Shown piece after piece: positions 24,306 to 33,950 of a stretch of 35,014 bases of DNA. The notes under the pieces were generated by a model. That model saw nothing but the letters and a program-made list of their open reading frames with translations. It was not told where the DNA came from and searched no databases. Each line of letters begins with the position of its first letter. Position 1 is the stretch's first letter. The position numbers were made by a program, and so were the translations under genes. The DNA comes from Chloroflexota bacterium (GTDB lineage Bacteria > Chloroflexota > Anaerolineae > J036 > Brachytrichaceae), in contig JANMVQ010000124.1 of NCBI GenBank assembly GCA_031392845.1, forward strand, positions 1 through 35,014, written 5' to 3'.

Positions 24306-25976
24306 ATGGCTGACGGACAAGTTATTTACTCAATGATGAAGGTGGGCAAAGTGGTTCCACCGAATAAGCAGATTCTGCGTGATATTACGCTGGGATTTTA
24401 TTACGGCGCCAAGATTGGTGTGTTGGGTTTGAACGGTGCAGGCAAGAGCACCTTGCTCAAAATCATGGCTGGGATCGATGACAATCATCTGGGCGACACC
24501 ACGCTCAGCAAGGGCTATGTACGGGGCATGCTGACGCAAGAACCTGCGCTGGACGATACCAAAACGGTCAAAGAAATTGTGCAAGAAGGTGTGCAACCAC
24601 TGGTCGATCTGCAAAATAAATATGATGAGATCAGCGCCAAGTTTGCCGAGCCGGATGCCGACTTTGACAAGCTGATGGAAGAGCAAGCCAAAGTGCAAGA
24701 AGAGATGGATAAGCACGACGTATGGACGTTGGACAGCCGCCTTGATCTGGCATTGGATGCGCTGCGCTGCCCGCCAGGCGATGCACTGGTGCAGCCTCTC
24801 TCTGGTGGAGAGCGCCGCCGGGTGGCGTTGTGCCGTCTGCTGTTGGCCGAGCCGGATATTTTGCTACTCGACGAGCCAACCAACCACTTGGACGCTGAAA
24901 GTGTGGCCTGGTTGGAACAGCATTTGCGCAACTACAAAGGCACCGTCATTGCGGTGACCCACGACCGCTACTTTCTGGACAACGTGGCGGGCTGGATTTT
25001 AGAGCTGGATCGTGGCTTTGGCATTCCTTATAAAGGCAATTACTCCGGCTGGCTGTCGCAAAAATCTGAGCGACTGCGCCAAGAAGAGAAGTCCGATGAC
25101 AAGCGTCAAAAGACACTGGATCGCGAACTGGAATGGATTCGTATGTCCCCCAAAGCGCGCCAGTCCAAGGGCAAGGCGCGCATTACCTCTTACGAAAAGC
25201 TGCTAGACCAAGAAGGTGAGAAGCGCCGTGAAGAACTGGAGATTTATATTCCGCCCGGCCCGCGCTTGGGCGATGTGGTGCTCGAAGCAAAAAATATCAG
25301 CAAAGGCTATGATGATCACCTGCTCTACGAGAACCTGAGCTTCACCGTGCCGCCCGGGGCGATTGTCGGTATCATCGGCCCCAACGGTGTGGGCAAGACC
25401 ACGCTGTTCCGAATGATCACCGGTCAGGAAAAGCCCGACACCGGCACATTCACGGTGGGCTCAACAGTCAAGCTGGGCTATGCCGATCAGAGCCGTACCC
25501 TCGACCCCGGCAAAAACGTATGGGAAGAAATTACCGGTGGCGATGACTTCATCACCATGGGTCAACGCCGCATGAATAGCCGCGCTTATGTGGCCAGCTT
25601 CAACTTTCTGGGTACGGATCAGCAGCAGAAAGTAGGTACGCTCTCAGGTGGGCAGCGCAACCGCGTGCATTTGGCCAAGACCTTACGCGAAGAGGCCAAC
25701 GTGTTGCTGTTGGACGAGCCGACTAATGACATCGATATCAACACCATGCGTGCGCTAGAAGAAGCGATTACTGAATTTGCCGGTACCGCCATGATCATCA
25801 GCCACGACCGTTGGTTTTTGGATCGTGTCTGTACCCACACATTGGCTTTCGAAGAAGATGGCAATGTGCGTTGGTTTGTCGGCACGGTCAGCGAATACGA
25901 AGAAGATCGCCGCAAGCGTCTGGGCAAGGACGCTGAGACCCCGCACCGGATGGTGCATCGTAAACTACAGAGATAG
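24306..25976 (+). CDS. ettA: Energy-dependent translational throttle protein EttA (ABC-F ATPase)
   Basis: The N-terminus VIYSMMKVGKVVPPNKQILRDITLGFYYGAKIGVLGLNGAGKSTLLKIMAGID is near-identical in pattern to E. coli EttA/YjjK. Two ABC cassettes are joined by a linker, with no TM domain. Confidence 0.9.
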   Translation: MADGQVIYSMMKVGKVVPPNKQILRDITLGFYYGAKIGVLGLNGAGKSTLLKIMAGIDDNHLGDTTLSKGYVRGMLTQEPALDDTKTVKEIVQEGVQPLVDLQNKYDEISAKFAEPDADFDKLMEEQAKVQEEMDKHDVWTLDSRLDLALDALRCPPGDALVQPLSGGERRRVALCRLLLAEPDILLLDEPTNHLDAESVAWLEQHLRNYKGTVIAVTHDRYFLDNVAGWILELDRGFGIPYKGNYSGWLSQKSERLRQEEKSDDKRQKTLDRELEWIRMSPKARQSKGKARITSYEKLLDQEGEKRREELEIYIPPGPRLGDVVLEAKNISKGYDDHLLYENLSFTVPPGAIVGIIGPNGVGKTTLFRMITGQEKPDTGTFTVGSTVKLGYADQSRTLDPGKNVWEEITGGDDFITMGQRRMNSRAYVASFNFLGTDQQQKVGTLSGGQRNRVHLAKTLREEANVLLLDEPTNDIDINTMRALEEAITEFAGTAMIISHDRWFLDRVCTHTLAFEEDGNVRWFVGTVSEYEEDRRKRLGKDAETPHRMVHRKLQR

Positions 25977-25985
25977 TAGAAAGTT

Positions 25986-26042
25986 AAAAGTGCAAAGTTG
26001 AAAGTGAGTGGCTTGTTTTTAACTTTCAACTTTGCACTTTTT
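25986..26042 (+). terminator. Hairpin with a 20-bp perfect AT-rich stem and T-run downstream of ettA (terminator or attenuator)
   Basis: AAAAGTGCAAAGTTGAAAGT - 16-nt loop - ACTTTCAACTTTGCACTTTT, followed by TT. The next ATG is 12 nt downstream. Confidence 0.55.
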
Positions 26043-26053
26043 ACTCATGAGAA

Positions 26054-26890
26054 ATGAGCGCAATGGCAGAGCCTCAGATCCCACAAGTGAACGAATTCGC
26101 TCGAGCGGATTTGGATGGGATTTGGCGTGTGATTGTAGAGCCGAATACTCAGTTCGATCATGCGTTGCGTGAGTTTTACAGCTATCACCTGAAGTGTTTT
26201 GCGGCGGGACGCACACCCGAATGGCAAATGTTCCAATCGTTGGCGCGGGTGATTCGGCGGCAGGCCAAAGACCGCCAGACATTTGAGACCTGTGCGCGCA
26301 TCTGTCTGGCACTGGCGCAACAAAATGCCATCCGCCGGTTTACCTTTTGGCCGGTTTTGCGCCCCGCCGCGTTCGATAGCATCCAACCGGAACTGTTGCG
26401 CGATCTGCGTACGCAGTTGCGCCAAACCCGCCATCCCGTCGGTAAAACCCTACGCCGTGTATATCGCTACTTCGTGCAACGGTTTGAGGTGGGTGATTTG
26501 GAGCCTGACGACGCATTCAATGATCTGCGCGCCGAGCTAAACGCGCTTTATAGCAACGACAGCGAAGGCGACGAGACGATTCGTTTGCTGTATGCGGTAG
26601 CCGAAGATGATGTGCGTCGCCGTCCCAGTTACGAACGTTTTGTCAACATTGGTCTGGTTGTTCTTGCGCTTCTGGTTGGATTCATGCTGCCGATATTGCT
26701 GGGTCGCCCGCTACTGACCTGGGTAGTGCCGGCAGCGATTGCCAGCGCGGTTGTTTTGATTGGGTTGTGGCAAGGTGCGCAACGAGTCATCCCGTTGCGC
26801 AAGAACGTTTACGATTATCTGATTCGTTTTGCTGGGATGGCTGGCCTAACTGCAGGTGTGCTGGTGTTGTTGTCGCGCTTGCATCGGTAA
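26054..26890 (+). CDS. Hypothetical protein: ~200-aa soluble N-terminal domain plus 2-3 C-terminal TM helices
   Basis: An ORF with a plausible start 12 nt after the ettA terminator hairpin. Hydrophobic C-terminal segments are LVVLALLVGFMLPILL, VVPAAIASAVVLIGLW and AGMAGLTAGVLVLL. No recognisable family. Confidence 0.5.
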   Translation: MSAMAEPQIPQVNEFARADLDGIWRVIVEPNTQFDHALREFYSYHLKCFAAGRTPEWQMFQSLARVIRRQAKDRQTFETCARICLALAQQNAIRRFTFWPVLRPAAFDSIQPELLRDLRTQLRQTRHPVGKTLRRVYRYFVQRFEVGDLEPDDAFNDLRAELNALYSNDSEGDETIRLLYAVAEDDVRRRPSYERFVNIGLVVLALLVGFMLPILLGRPLLTWVVPAAIASAVVLIGLWQGAQRVIPLRKNVYDYLIRFAGMAGLTAGVLVLLSRLHR

Positions 26891-26894
26891 CTAT

Positions 26895-29800
26895 TCAATC
26901 TTGCAAAATCGGCTGTAACCAACGCTCCGCTTCTTGCAGCGTCCAGCCTTTACGTTGTGAATAGTCTTTTAACTGATCACGCCCGATCTTGCCCACGCCA
27001 AAGTAGCGGGCTTGGGGATGGGCGAAGTACCAGCCACTGACGGACGCAGCAGGCAACATGGCGCAGCTCTCGGTCAACGTCATACCGATCTTTTCTTGCG
27101 CTTGTAACAGATCAAAGATCGTGCGCTTTTCAGTGTGATCTGGGCAGGCCGGGTAGCCCGGTGCTGGCCGAATGCCGCGATATTTCTCGGTGATTAAATC
27201 TGCGCTGCTTAGTTGCTCAGTCAACCCATAGCTCATGTCGTCGCGGGCGCGTTTGTGCAGATATTCAGCTCCGGCCTCGGCCAAGCGATCTGCTAGTGCC
27301 TCAACAAGGATCGCGCTGTAATCATCCCCAGCCTGTTTGTAACGCTCGACCATTTCCTTGGCCCCGTGAATGCCTACCGCAAACGCCCCGATGTAATCGA
27401 CAGTGCCGCTGTCTTTGGGGGCAATAAAATCCGCCAATGCCAGGTTCACTCTTACGGTTTGAAGGTTTGAAGGGTTTGGAAGGTTCGAAGGTTCAGAAAG
27501 TTTAGAACGTTCGGAACCTTCTGAACTTGACGAACCTTCCCAACCCCTCTTATTCATCTGTTGCCGCAGCGTATGGAAAGTGGCGCGCACTTGACTGCGG
27601 CTTTCATCGGCGTATACCTCGATATCGTCGCCGACGCTGTTGGCGGGGTAGAAACCGTAGATGGCTTTGGCGGCGAGTGTATTTGTCCCATTTGCTGATT
27701 GAGGGTTCGCAGTTTGACCCGGTTTGTGGGCGGCGACATGCGCGGTGGCGTTGGCTTGCACAAGGCGTTGCAGCATCGTCTGCGCATCCGCAAATAGCGC
27801 GCGTGCCTGTTCACCCACGACTGCATCATCAAGAATCTTCGGATAGCCACCCGCCAATTCCCACGCCTGAAAGAAGGGCGTCCAATCGATATAGTCGATC
27901 AGATCGCGTAAGGGCAAATCCTCGATCACCCGTGCGCCGACGAAGGATGGCTCGATAGCGTTCTCGCCACTCGATTCATCTGCGCTTAGGGCGTTAAAGC
28001 GGCGCTGACGGGCTTGCTCCAAACTTAGGAGCGGCTTGCGATCCGCGCGCTTGGCGAATTGCTCACGCAGATCGGATTGTTCGAGCGCATTCTTCTTGAC
28101 GAAGTCATCGTGCATTGCTTGGCTGAGCAAGCTGCCCACCACGCCAACCGCTCGGCTGGCATCCAGCACGTGCACCACTGGCTGCATGTAATTCGGCGCA
28201 ATCTTCAGCGCGGTATGAGCCTTGCTTGTTGTTGCGCCGCCAATCAGCAAGGGGATATTCATGCCTTCGCGGGCCATCTCTTTGGCCATGTGCGCCATCT
28301 CGTCCAGCGAGGGAGTGATCAGTCCACTCAAGCCAATCATGTCCGCACCTAACTCTTTGGCGGCTTTCAATATTTTGTCTGCTGGCACCATCACACCCAG
28401 ATCGATCACCTCGTAGTTATTGCAGCCCAGTACCACCCCGACGATGTTTTTGCCAATGTCATGCACATCGCCTTTGACCGTGGCGAGGACGATTTTGCCG
28501 GCGGAAGAAGACTGCTGGACGGCGGACGGCTCCAAGCTGGCCGCATCGCGCTCGGCCTGCATAAACGGTTCCAGCACCGCCACTGCGCGCTTCATCACCC
28601 GAGCGCTCTTGACCACCTGCGGCAAAAACATCTTGCCCGCGCCAAACAGATCGCCAACCACGCTCATGCCTTTCATCAGCGGCCCTTCGATTACATGCAA
28701 TGGACGACCATATTTCTGGCGCGCTTCTTCGACATCGACATCGATGAAATCGGTAATGCCTTTGACCAGCGCATGCTCCAACCTTTCCTCGATTGAGTTA
28801 TTCCGCCATTGTGCTACTTCTCTCTCGGTCAACCGTCGTCCGTTGTCCGTCGTCGGCTTAATCTCTTCCGCATAAGCCACCAACCGCTCGGTCGCATCCG
28901 GTCGCCGGTTCAACAGCACATCTTCTACACGTGTCAGTAGCGTTTTGTCGATCTCTTCGTAAACTTCCAGTTGCCCGGCATTCACAATGCCCATGTCTAG
29001 CCCGGCTCGAATGGCGTGATAGAGAAACGCACTGTGCATGGCCTCGCGCACCGGGTTGTTGCCACGAAACGAAAACGAGATGTTGCTCACCCCACCGCTG
29101 ACCTTTGCCCCCGGCAAATTTTGTTTGATCCAGCGGGTGGCCTCGATAAAGTTCAACGCATAGTTGTTGTGCTCTTCGATGCCGGTGCCCACGGTCAGAA
29201 TATTCGGGTCGAAGATGATGTCTTCCGGCGCAAACCCCACGTCGCTTACTAAAATATCATAGGCGCGTTTGCAGATGGCGATCTTGCGCTCGTAGGTGTC
29301 GGCCTGCCCGCTCTCGTCGAATGCCATCACTACTGTGCCTGCCCCGTGCCGCTTGATGATGGTGGCTTGCTCTTTGAACTTGGCCTCACCCTCTTTCAAG
29401 CTAATTGAATTGACGATGCACTTGCCCTGCACGCACTTCAGCCCAGCCTCGATCACCCCCCAGCGACTGCTGTCGATCATGACCGGCACTTTGGCGATAT
29501 CCGGCTCACTCATCGCCAAGTTCATGAAATGGGTCATGGCTTGTTCGCCGTCAATCAAACCTTCGTCAAAGTTCACATCGATAATATTGGCCCCATTCTC
29601 AATCTGTTGCTTTGCCACCCGCAGAGCTTCTTCGTACTGGCCCTCTTTAATCAGCTTGGCAAACCGGGGTGAGCCAGTCACGTTGGTGCGTTCGCCGATC
29701 ATCATGAATTGGGTGGCAGAGGGTTCGGAAGGTTTATAAGGTTGGGAAAGTTCAGAAGGTTCAGAACGTTGTGAACCTTCAGAACCTTCTAAACTTTCGG

Positions 29801-30884
29801 AACTTTCCGAACCGATCGCCAATCGCTCGAGCCCACTAAAGTAAGTCTTATGCACCGGCTTGGCTGGGGTGCGCACGCGGCCGGCATGCTGCACGACGTC
29901 GGCCAATTGGCTGATGTGTTCTGGGCCGGTGCCACAACAACCGCCCACAATATTGACCCAGCCATTTTGGGCAAACTCGCCAACCTGATCAGCAAACTGA
30001 TCGGGGGTCATATCGTAGCCGCCAAAGGCATTTGGCAGCCCGGCGTTGGGGTAACACGAGGTGAACACCTGACTGAGCTGGTTCATCTCCTCCATATACG
30101 GGCGCATCTCGTTTGGCCCCAGCGCGCAATTAATGCCCATGCTGATGAGCGGAGCGCGATGGATCGAGGCCCAATACGCATCCACGGTTTGGCCGCTCAG
30201 GGTGCGTCCGCTCTGGTCGGTGATGGTCACACTGGCCATCACTGGAACCCGCCGTGCGCCATCGGCAAACAGCTTCTGAATTGCGTAGAGCGCCGCCTTT
30301 TGATTGAGCGTGTCAAATGTGGTCTCGGGCAACAAGATATCGACGCCGCCCTCCAGCAATGCCGCGGCCTGGTCGTAATAGGCTTGCATAACCTGATCGA
30401 ATGTCACCGCTCGAAAGCTGGGATCGTTCACATTGGGGCTGAGCGAGAGGGTGCGGTTCATCGGCCCCAATGCGCCGGCCACGTAGCGCGGCTTGCGCGG
30501 GTCGCGTTGAGTGAAATCATCGGCGGCCTTGCGTGCGATCTGCGCTGCCCTGATGTTCATCTCGCGGATCAGCGCCGGGTCGGTCATATCAAAATCGGCC
30601 ATACTGATGGCCTGCGCATTGAACGTGTTAGTCTCGAGGATGTCCGCTCCCGCCTCGAGATACTCGCGATGAATCGCCTCAATCATGTCGGGCTGCACCA
30701 GATTCAAGGTCTCGTTATTGTTTTTAAGATCAATATGCCAGTTCGCAAAGCGCTCGCCCCGATAAGTCGCCTCATCCGGTTTATAGCGTTGGATCATGGT
30801 GCCCATTGCCCCATCCAGAATCAAGATGCGCTGCTTGAGTAGATCCGTAATGGGTGGCTTGTTTGGTTGGGTAAATTCGCTCAT
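26895..30884 (-). CDS. metH: Cobalamin-dependent methionine synthase MetH with two low-complexity inter-domain insertions
   Basis: Full five-module architecture: Hcy-binding (ILDGAMGT...GGCCGT), pterin-binding, B12-binding ([10 protein letters not shown]), and the AdoMet-activation domain. 1329 aa compared with ~1230 aa for canonical MetH. The extra residues are encoded by the repeats at 27448-27540 and 29715-29815. Confidence 0.95.
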   Translation of the reverse strand: MSEFTQPNKPPITDLLKQRILILDGAMGTMIQRYKPDEATYRGERFANWHIDLKNNNETLNLVQPDMIEAIHREYLEAGADILETNTFNAQAISMADFDMTDPALIREMNIRAAQIARKAADDFTQRDPRKPRYVAGALGPMNRTLSLSPNVNDPSFRAVTFDQVMQAYYDQAAALLEGGVDILLPETTFDTLNQKAALYAIQKLFADGARRVPVMASVTITDQSGRTLSGQTVDAYWASIHRAPLISMGINCALGPNEMRPYMEEMNQLSQVFTSCYPNAGLPNAFGGYDMTPDQFADQVGEFAQNGWVNIVGGCCGTGPEHISQLADVVQHAGRVRTPAKPVHKTYFSGLERLAIGSESSESLEGSEGSQRSEPSELSQPYKPSEPSATQFMMIGERTNVTGSPRFAKLIKEGQYEEALRVAKQQIENGANIIDVNFDEGLIDGEQAMTHFMNLAMSEPDIAKVPVMIDSSRWGVIEAGLKCVQGKCIVNSISLKEGEAKFKEQATIIKRHGAGTVVMAFDESGQADTYERKIAICKRAYDILVSDVGFAPEDIIFDPNILTVGTGIEEHNNYALNFIEATRWIKQNLPGAKVSGGVSNISFSFRGNNPVREAMHSAFLYHAIRAGLDMGIVNAGQLEVYEEIDKTLLTRVEDVLLNRRPDATERLVAYAEEIKPTTDNGRRLTEREVAQWRNNSIEERLEHALVKGITDFIDVDVEEARQKYGRPLHVIEGPLMKGMSVVGDLFGAGKMFLPQVVKSARVMKRAVAVLEPFMQAERDAASLEPSAVQQSSSAGKIVLATVKGDVHDIGKNIVGVVLGCNNYEVIDLGVMVPADKILKAAKELGADMIGLSGLITPSLDEMAHMAKEMAREGMNIPLLIGGATTSKAHTALKIAPNYMQPVVHVLDASRAVGVVGSLLSQAMHDDFVKKNALEQSDLREQFAKRADRKPLLSLEQARQRRFNALSADESSGENAIEPSFVGARVIEDLPLRDLIDYIDWTPFFQAWELAGGYPKILDDAVVGEQARALFADAQTMLQRLVQANATAHVAAHKPGQTANPQSANGTNTLAAKAIYGFYPANSVGDDIEVYADESRSQVRATFHTLRQQMNKRGWEGSSSSEGSERSKLSEPSNLPNPSNLQTVRVNLALADFIAPKDSGTVDYIGAFAVGIHGAKEMVERYKQAGDDYSAILVEALADRLAEAGAEYLHKRARDDMSYGLTEQLSSADLITEKYRGIRPAPGYPACPDHTEKRTIFDLLQAQEKIGMTLTESCAMLPAASVSGWYFAHPQARYFGVGKIGRDQLKDYSQRKGWTLQEAERWLQPILQD
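27448..27540. repeat. 9-bp-periodic palindromic repeat element inserted in-frame in metH (linker between the B12-binding and AdoMet-activation domains)
   Basis: GGTTTGAA GGTTTGAA GGGTTTGGAA GGTTCGAA GGTTCAGAAA GTTTAGAAC GTTCGGAAC CTTCTGAAC TTGACGAAC CTTCC. It encodes [26 protein letters not shown]. Confidence 0.75.
29715..29815. repeat. 9-bp-periodic palindromic repeat element inserted in-frame in metH (linker between the Hcy-binding and pterin-binding domains)
   Basis: GGGTTCGGAA GGTTTATAA GGTTGGGAAA GTTCAGAA GGTTCAGAAC GTTGTGAAC CTTCAGAAC CTTCTAAAC TTTCGGAAC TTTCCGAAC. It encodes [32 protein letters not shown]. Confidence 0.75.
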
Positions 30885-31022
30885 TGCTATAGCCCTTCAG
30901 GTTGGAAAGTAGCAATATCACCCTCCTCGATCTCATAGACCGGGGAGGGCGATTCCAGAATCAAACCTGAACATCTATATATGCAATGATACCCAGAGTT
31001 ATGAGAGGAAAATGACTTTGTT

Positions 31023-31313
31023 CTACTTGGAGACAGTGCGTGCTTTGCGACGCTTTTGTTTTGAGGTGATGTAGCTGGTCTTGCCCTCGCCAAAACGCAT
31101 CCGGCTTTCACGGATGGCATCGAGAATATCTTCCCTTGAAACGCTGACGTCAATACTGCCTACGTCAAGGGCCGAGCGCATTTCCGTTATTGGGCGCAGT
31201 GCAAACATTTGACCGTCGCGCCGTTTGATGACAACCTCGGTTCCTTGCGCTGCGGTATCAAGCAAGCTCGACAAGTTTTGGCGTGCTTCTGAGTACGTGT
31301 AGACAGTCATCAT
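31023..31313 (-). CDS. Type II antitoxin, Phd/YefM-like
   Basis: MMTVYTYSEARQNLSSLLDTAAQGTEVVIKRRDGQMFALRP matches the Phd/YefM N-terminal fold pattern. It overlaps the upstream PIN gene by 4 nt. Confidence 0.65.
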   Translation of the reverse strand: MMTVYTYSEARQNLSSLLDTAAQGTEVVIKRRDGQMFALRPITEMRSALDVGSIDVSVSREDILDAIRESRMRFGEGKTSYITSKQKRRKARTVSK

Positions 31314-31705
31314 TTGATCTCCAATACTTTTATTCTCAGATCAGTCGCGATTTTGCATAAAGCTTTGTCCAAAGATAAAACAGATGTTCGATAGTGTAAT
31401 GCACAGTATAGGATGTAGGCATCATAAGCATAGATTTTGTGTTGGACAGCCAAATTTACTGCTTCGGGGAGGTTGATTTCCAACTGGCGAATGGTCATTT
31501 TGCCAAAGAGATCAGATGCAGCAATTGCGTGACTATCAGATATGACTTTGCGTTTCACCAGCGCCGAAAGCGCGTTACCCACCTCCCATTTAATAGAGGC
31601 CGGTGCTATTAAATCCTGTTCTTGTGTATGTTCTAGAACGGCTGACTTAGATCGCTCATTCAAAACGACCGCCATGATCGCTGATGTATCAACTGTAATT
31701 GCCAT
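31310..31705 (-). CDS. PIN-domain ribonuclease toxin (VapC-like)
   Basis: MAITVDTSAIMAVVLNE carries the first acidic residue in the beta1 context. Other conserved positions are EQDLIAP, YDAYILYCA and a C-terminal D. The start is set at ATG 31705, with AAGGA upstream. The perfect palindrome TACAATTGTA lies 22-31 nt upstream. Confidence 0.7.
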   Translation of the reverse strand: MAITVDTSAIMAVVLNERSKSAVLEHTQEQDLIAPASIKWEVGNALSALVKRKVISDSHAIAASDLFGKMTIRQLEINLPEAVNLAVQHKIYAYDAYILYCALHYRTSVLSLDKALCKIATDLRIKVLEIK

Positions 31706-31726
31706 ATTTTCATCTGTCCTTGACCT

Positions 31727-31736
31727 GTACAATTGT
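31727..31736. promoter_or_regulatory. Perfect 10-bp palindrome TACAATTGTA upstream of the PIN-Phd operon; candidate autoregulatory operator, also -10-like
   Basis: Lies 22-31 nt upstream of PIN ATG 31705 on the minus strand. Confidence 0.4.
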
Positions 31737-31907
31737 ATCACTGCATTTGTGCTTGCTGTCAGCCAGCGTCAGCTACCTGACCTACAAATTCCCGATTCTG
31801 ACGACCCATTCGCGCTAAGCTCTCCGGCAGGGTAGAAGACTCCTGCCAGGGCCGCAGTGAAACGAAGGTGAAACCTGGCAGGTGTTTTCTACAACAAAAG
31901 GAGACCT

Positions 31908-33704
31908 ATGGACACTTTTATTCTTATTGCAGCAGTCGTCGTGATCGTTATTCTCGTCATTGCGTTTGGGTTGGCCCCCTACGTGCTGGGCCTCGTCATC
32001 ATTGGCGAGCGGCAGGTGGGCATCGTGGTCAACAAATTCGGTGCGCATTCGCTATCGGCGGGGCGATTGATCGCGCTGAATGGCGAGGCCGGTTATCAGG
32101 CCGATACTCTCGCCCCAGGCTGGTACTTTGGTTACTTTGTGTGGAAGTACAAGCTCATCAAGCAGAATGTGACGGTCATCCCGCAAGGTGAGATCGGTCT
32201 GGTGCTAGCCAATGATGGCACATCCATCCCGTCGGAGCGCATTCTGGGCAAAGTCGTCGATAGCGATAATTTCCAGAGCGCCCGCAAGTTCCTGACCAAT
32301 GCGGGTGAGAAGGGTCGCCAACTGGGCCTTCTGACGGCGGGTACCTATCGCATCAACACTGCGCTGTTCAACATCATTACGCGCGACACGGCTGAAGCCA
32401 ACGGCATGCAGCCGGACGATCTGCTCGTCCATCGGGTGGAGCAGGACAAAGTCGGTATCGTGACCACATTGGATGGTCGGCCCATCGAGGCCGGCGAAAT
32501 TGCCGGCAGCGTGATCCCAGATCACGACAACTTCCAGAACGGGCAGAAGTTTTTGCAGAGTGGCGGTAGCCGCGGCCTGCAAGAGCAGATCTTGCTGTCC
32601 GGCTCATGGAACCTCAACCCGTGGTTTGCCCGGGTCGAGCAAGTGCCGATGACGACGATCCCAATTGGCAACGTTGGTGTGGTGATCTCCTATGTCGGCA
32701 AAGAGCACATTGACGTGAGTGGCAAGGACTTTAAGCATGGCGATTTGGTCGATGTTGGCCACAAGGGTGTGTGGGTTACGCCGCTGTATCCCGGCAAGCA
32801 CCCGATCAACTCACGGGTGATGAAAGTTGAGTTGGTGCCGACGACCAACATCGTGTTGAACTGGGCCGACCGCAGCGAGAGTCATCAGCTTGATAGAAAT
32901 TTGTCATCGATCACTGTGCGCTCCGCTGACGGATTCTCGTTCAATTTAGATGTGTCGCAGATCATTCATGTGGGCGCGTTGGAGGCCCCCAAAGTGATTT
33001 CACGGGTGGCTGCGGTTCAGAATTTGGTCGATCATGTCTTGCAACCCACCGTGGGCAACTATTTCCGAAATAGCGCCCAGAATTACACGGTGCTGGACTT
33101 TTTGAATGCGCGCAGCGAGCGCCAGAAAGAGGCGTTTGCCCATATCAAAGAGGCGCTCAGTATCTATGATGTGGAAGCCATCGACACGCTTATCGGCGAC
33201 ATCACCCCTCCGGGCGAGCTGATGAAGACGCAGACCGATCGCAAGATCGCCGAGGAGCAACGCAAGACATTCGAAGTGCAGCAGCTGGCTCAGGCCGAGC
33301 GTCAGAGGTTGGTGCGCGCCACCGAGCTGGCCGATATCCAGCAGAACGTGGTCAAGGCCGAGCAGGGTGTCAACATCGCCGACTTGCAGGCGCAGAGCGA
33401 TATCAAGCGCTCCAGTGGTGAGGCCGAGGGTATCCGCCTGAAGGCTGCTGGCGAGGCCGACGGTATCCGCTCGATCGGTTTGGCCAAAGCCGAGGCCTAT
33501 CGGGTGGGTGCGCAGTCGCTGGGTGAGCAGGGTTACACTGCTGTGCAGCTCATGCAGATCATCGGCGACCAGGGCGTGCGCGTGGTGCCGGATGTTTCGG
33601 TCAGTGGCGGTGCCAATGGTGGTGGCCTGACCGAAGCGCTGCTGGGCATGCTGATGCGCAAGGAACTGGTAGCGCGCAACGAGGCCGATGCGCCGAAATC
33701 GTAA
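31908..33704 (+). CDS. Flotillin / SPFH (band-7) family protein, YqiK-like
   Basis: N-terminal TM helix, then an SPFH domain and a long Ala/Glu/Gln-rich coiled-coil flotillin tail (EQRKTFEVQQLAQAERQRL...). AAAGGAG lies upstream of the ATG. Confidence 0.85.
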   Translation: MDTFILIAAVVVIVILVIAFGLAPYVLGLVIIGERQVGIVVNKFGAHSLSAGRLIALNGEAGYQADTLAPGWYFGYFVWKYKLIKQNVTVIPQGEIGLVLANDGTSIPSERILGKVVDSDNFQSARKFLTNAGEKGRQLGLLTAGTYRINTALFNIITRDTAEANGMQPDDLLVHRVEQDKVGIVTTLDGRPIEAGEIAGSVIPDHDNFQNGQKFLQSGGSRGLQEQILLSGSWNLNPWFARVEQVPMTTIPIGNVGVVISYVGKEHIDVSGKDFKHGDLVDVGHKGVWVTPLYPGKHPINSRVMKVELVPTTNIVLNWADRSESHQLDRNLSSITVRSADGFSFNLDVSQIIHVGALEAPKVISRVAAVQNLVDHVLQPTVGNYFRNSAQNYTVLDFLNARSERQKEAFAHIKEALSIYDVEAIDTLIGDITPPGELMKTQTDRKIAEEQRKTFEVQQLAQAERQRLVRATELADIQQNVVKAEQGVNIADLQAQSDIKRSSGEAEGIRLKAAGEADGIRSIGLAKAEAYRVGAQSLGEQGYTAVQLMQIIGDQGVRVVPDVSVSGGANGGGLTEALLGMLMRKELVARNEADAPKS

Positions 33705-33845
33705 GTTAGCAATCGCTGAAAAACAGTTACTACTCAGGCCATTTCTGATTCTTTTCCGCAAATCACGCGAATCAGCGCGAAAAAGATTAGCGAATATTCG
33801 TGTGATTCGCGGATTTCAATAGGTCTGAGTAGTTACGAAAAATAG

Positions 33846-33950
33846 GACGCGGAGTTTCAGGATGACAGGATCATTCAGGATAGTGACATCCCAAAAATCC
33901 TGTCATCCGGCAAATCCGCGTCTTATTCTTTGTCCTGTTCTTTATGGATA
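33846..33950. repeat. Structured repeat element, copy 2: hairpin GACGCGGAGTTTCAGGATGACAGGAT ... ATCCTGTCATCCGGCAAATCCGCGTC plus a CT-rich tail, in the 5' leader of the DRE-TIM gene
   Basis: The right arm and tail (CAAATCCGCGTCTTATTCTTTGTCCTGTTCTTTATGG) closely match copy 1 (TTAATCCGCGTTCTGTTCTGTTCTGTTCTATGTTG). The reverse complement of the right arm matches the left arm of copy 1. Confidence 0.65.

Noticed and set aside
30887-31153. 88-aa ORF on the minus strand overlapping the antitoxin gene
   Set aside because: It is out of frame with the antitoxin and spans the metH leader. It is not supported.
33000-33761. 253-aa ORF on the minus strand
   Set aside because: It is entirely antisense to the well-supported flotillin gene and has low-complexity, high-GC antisense composition.
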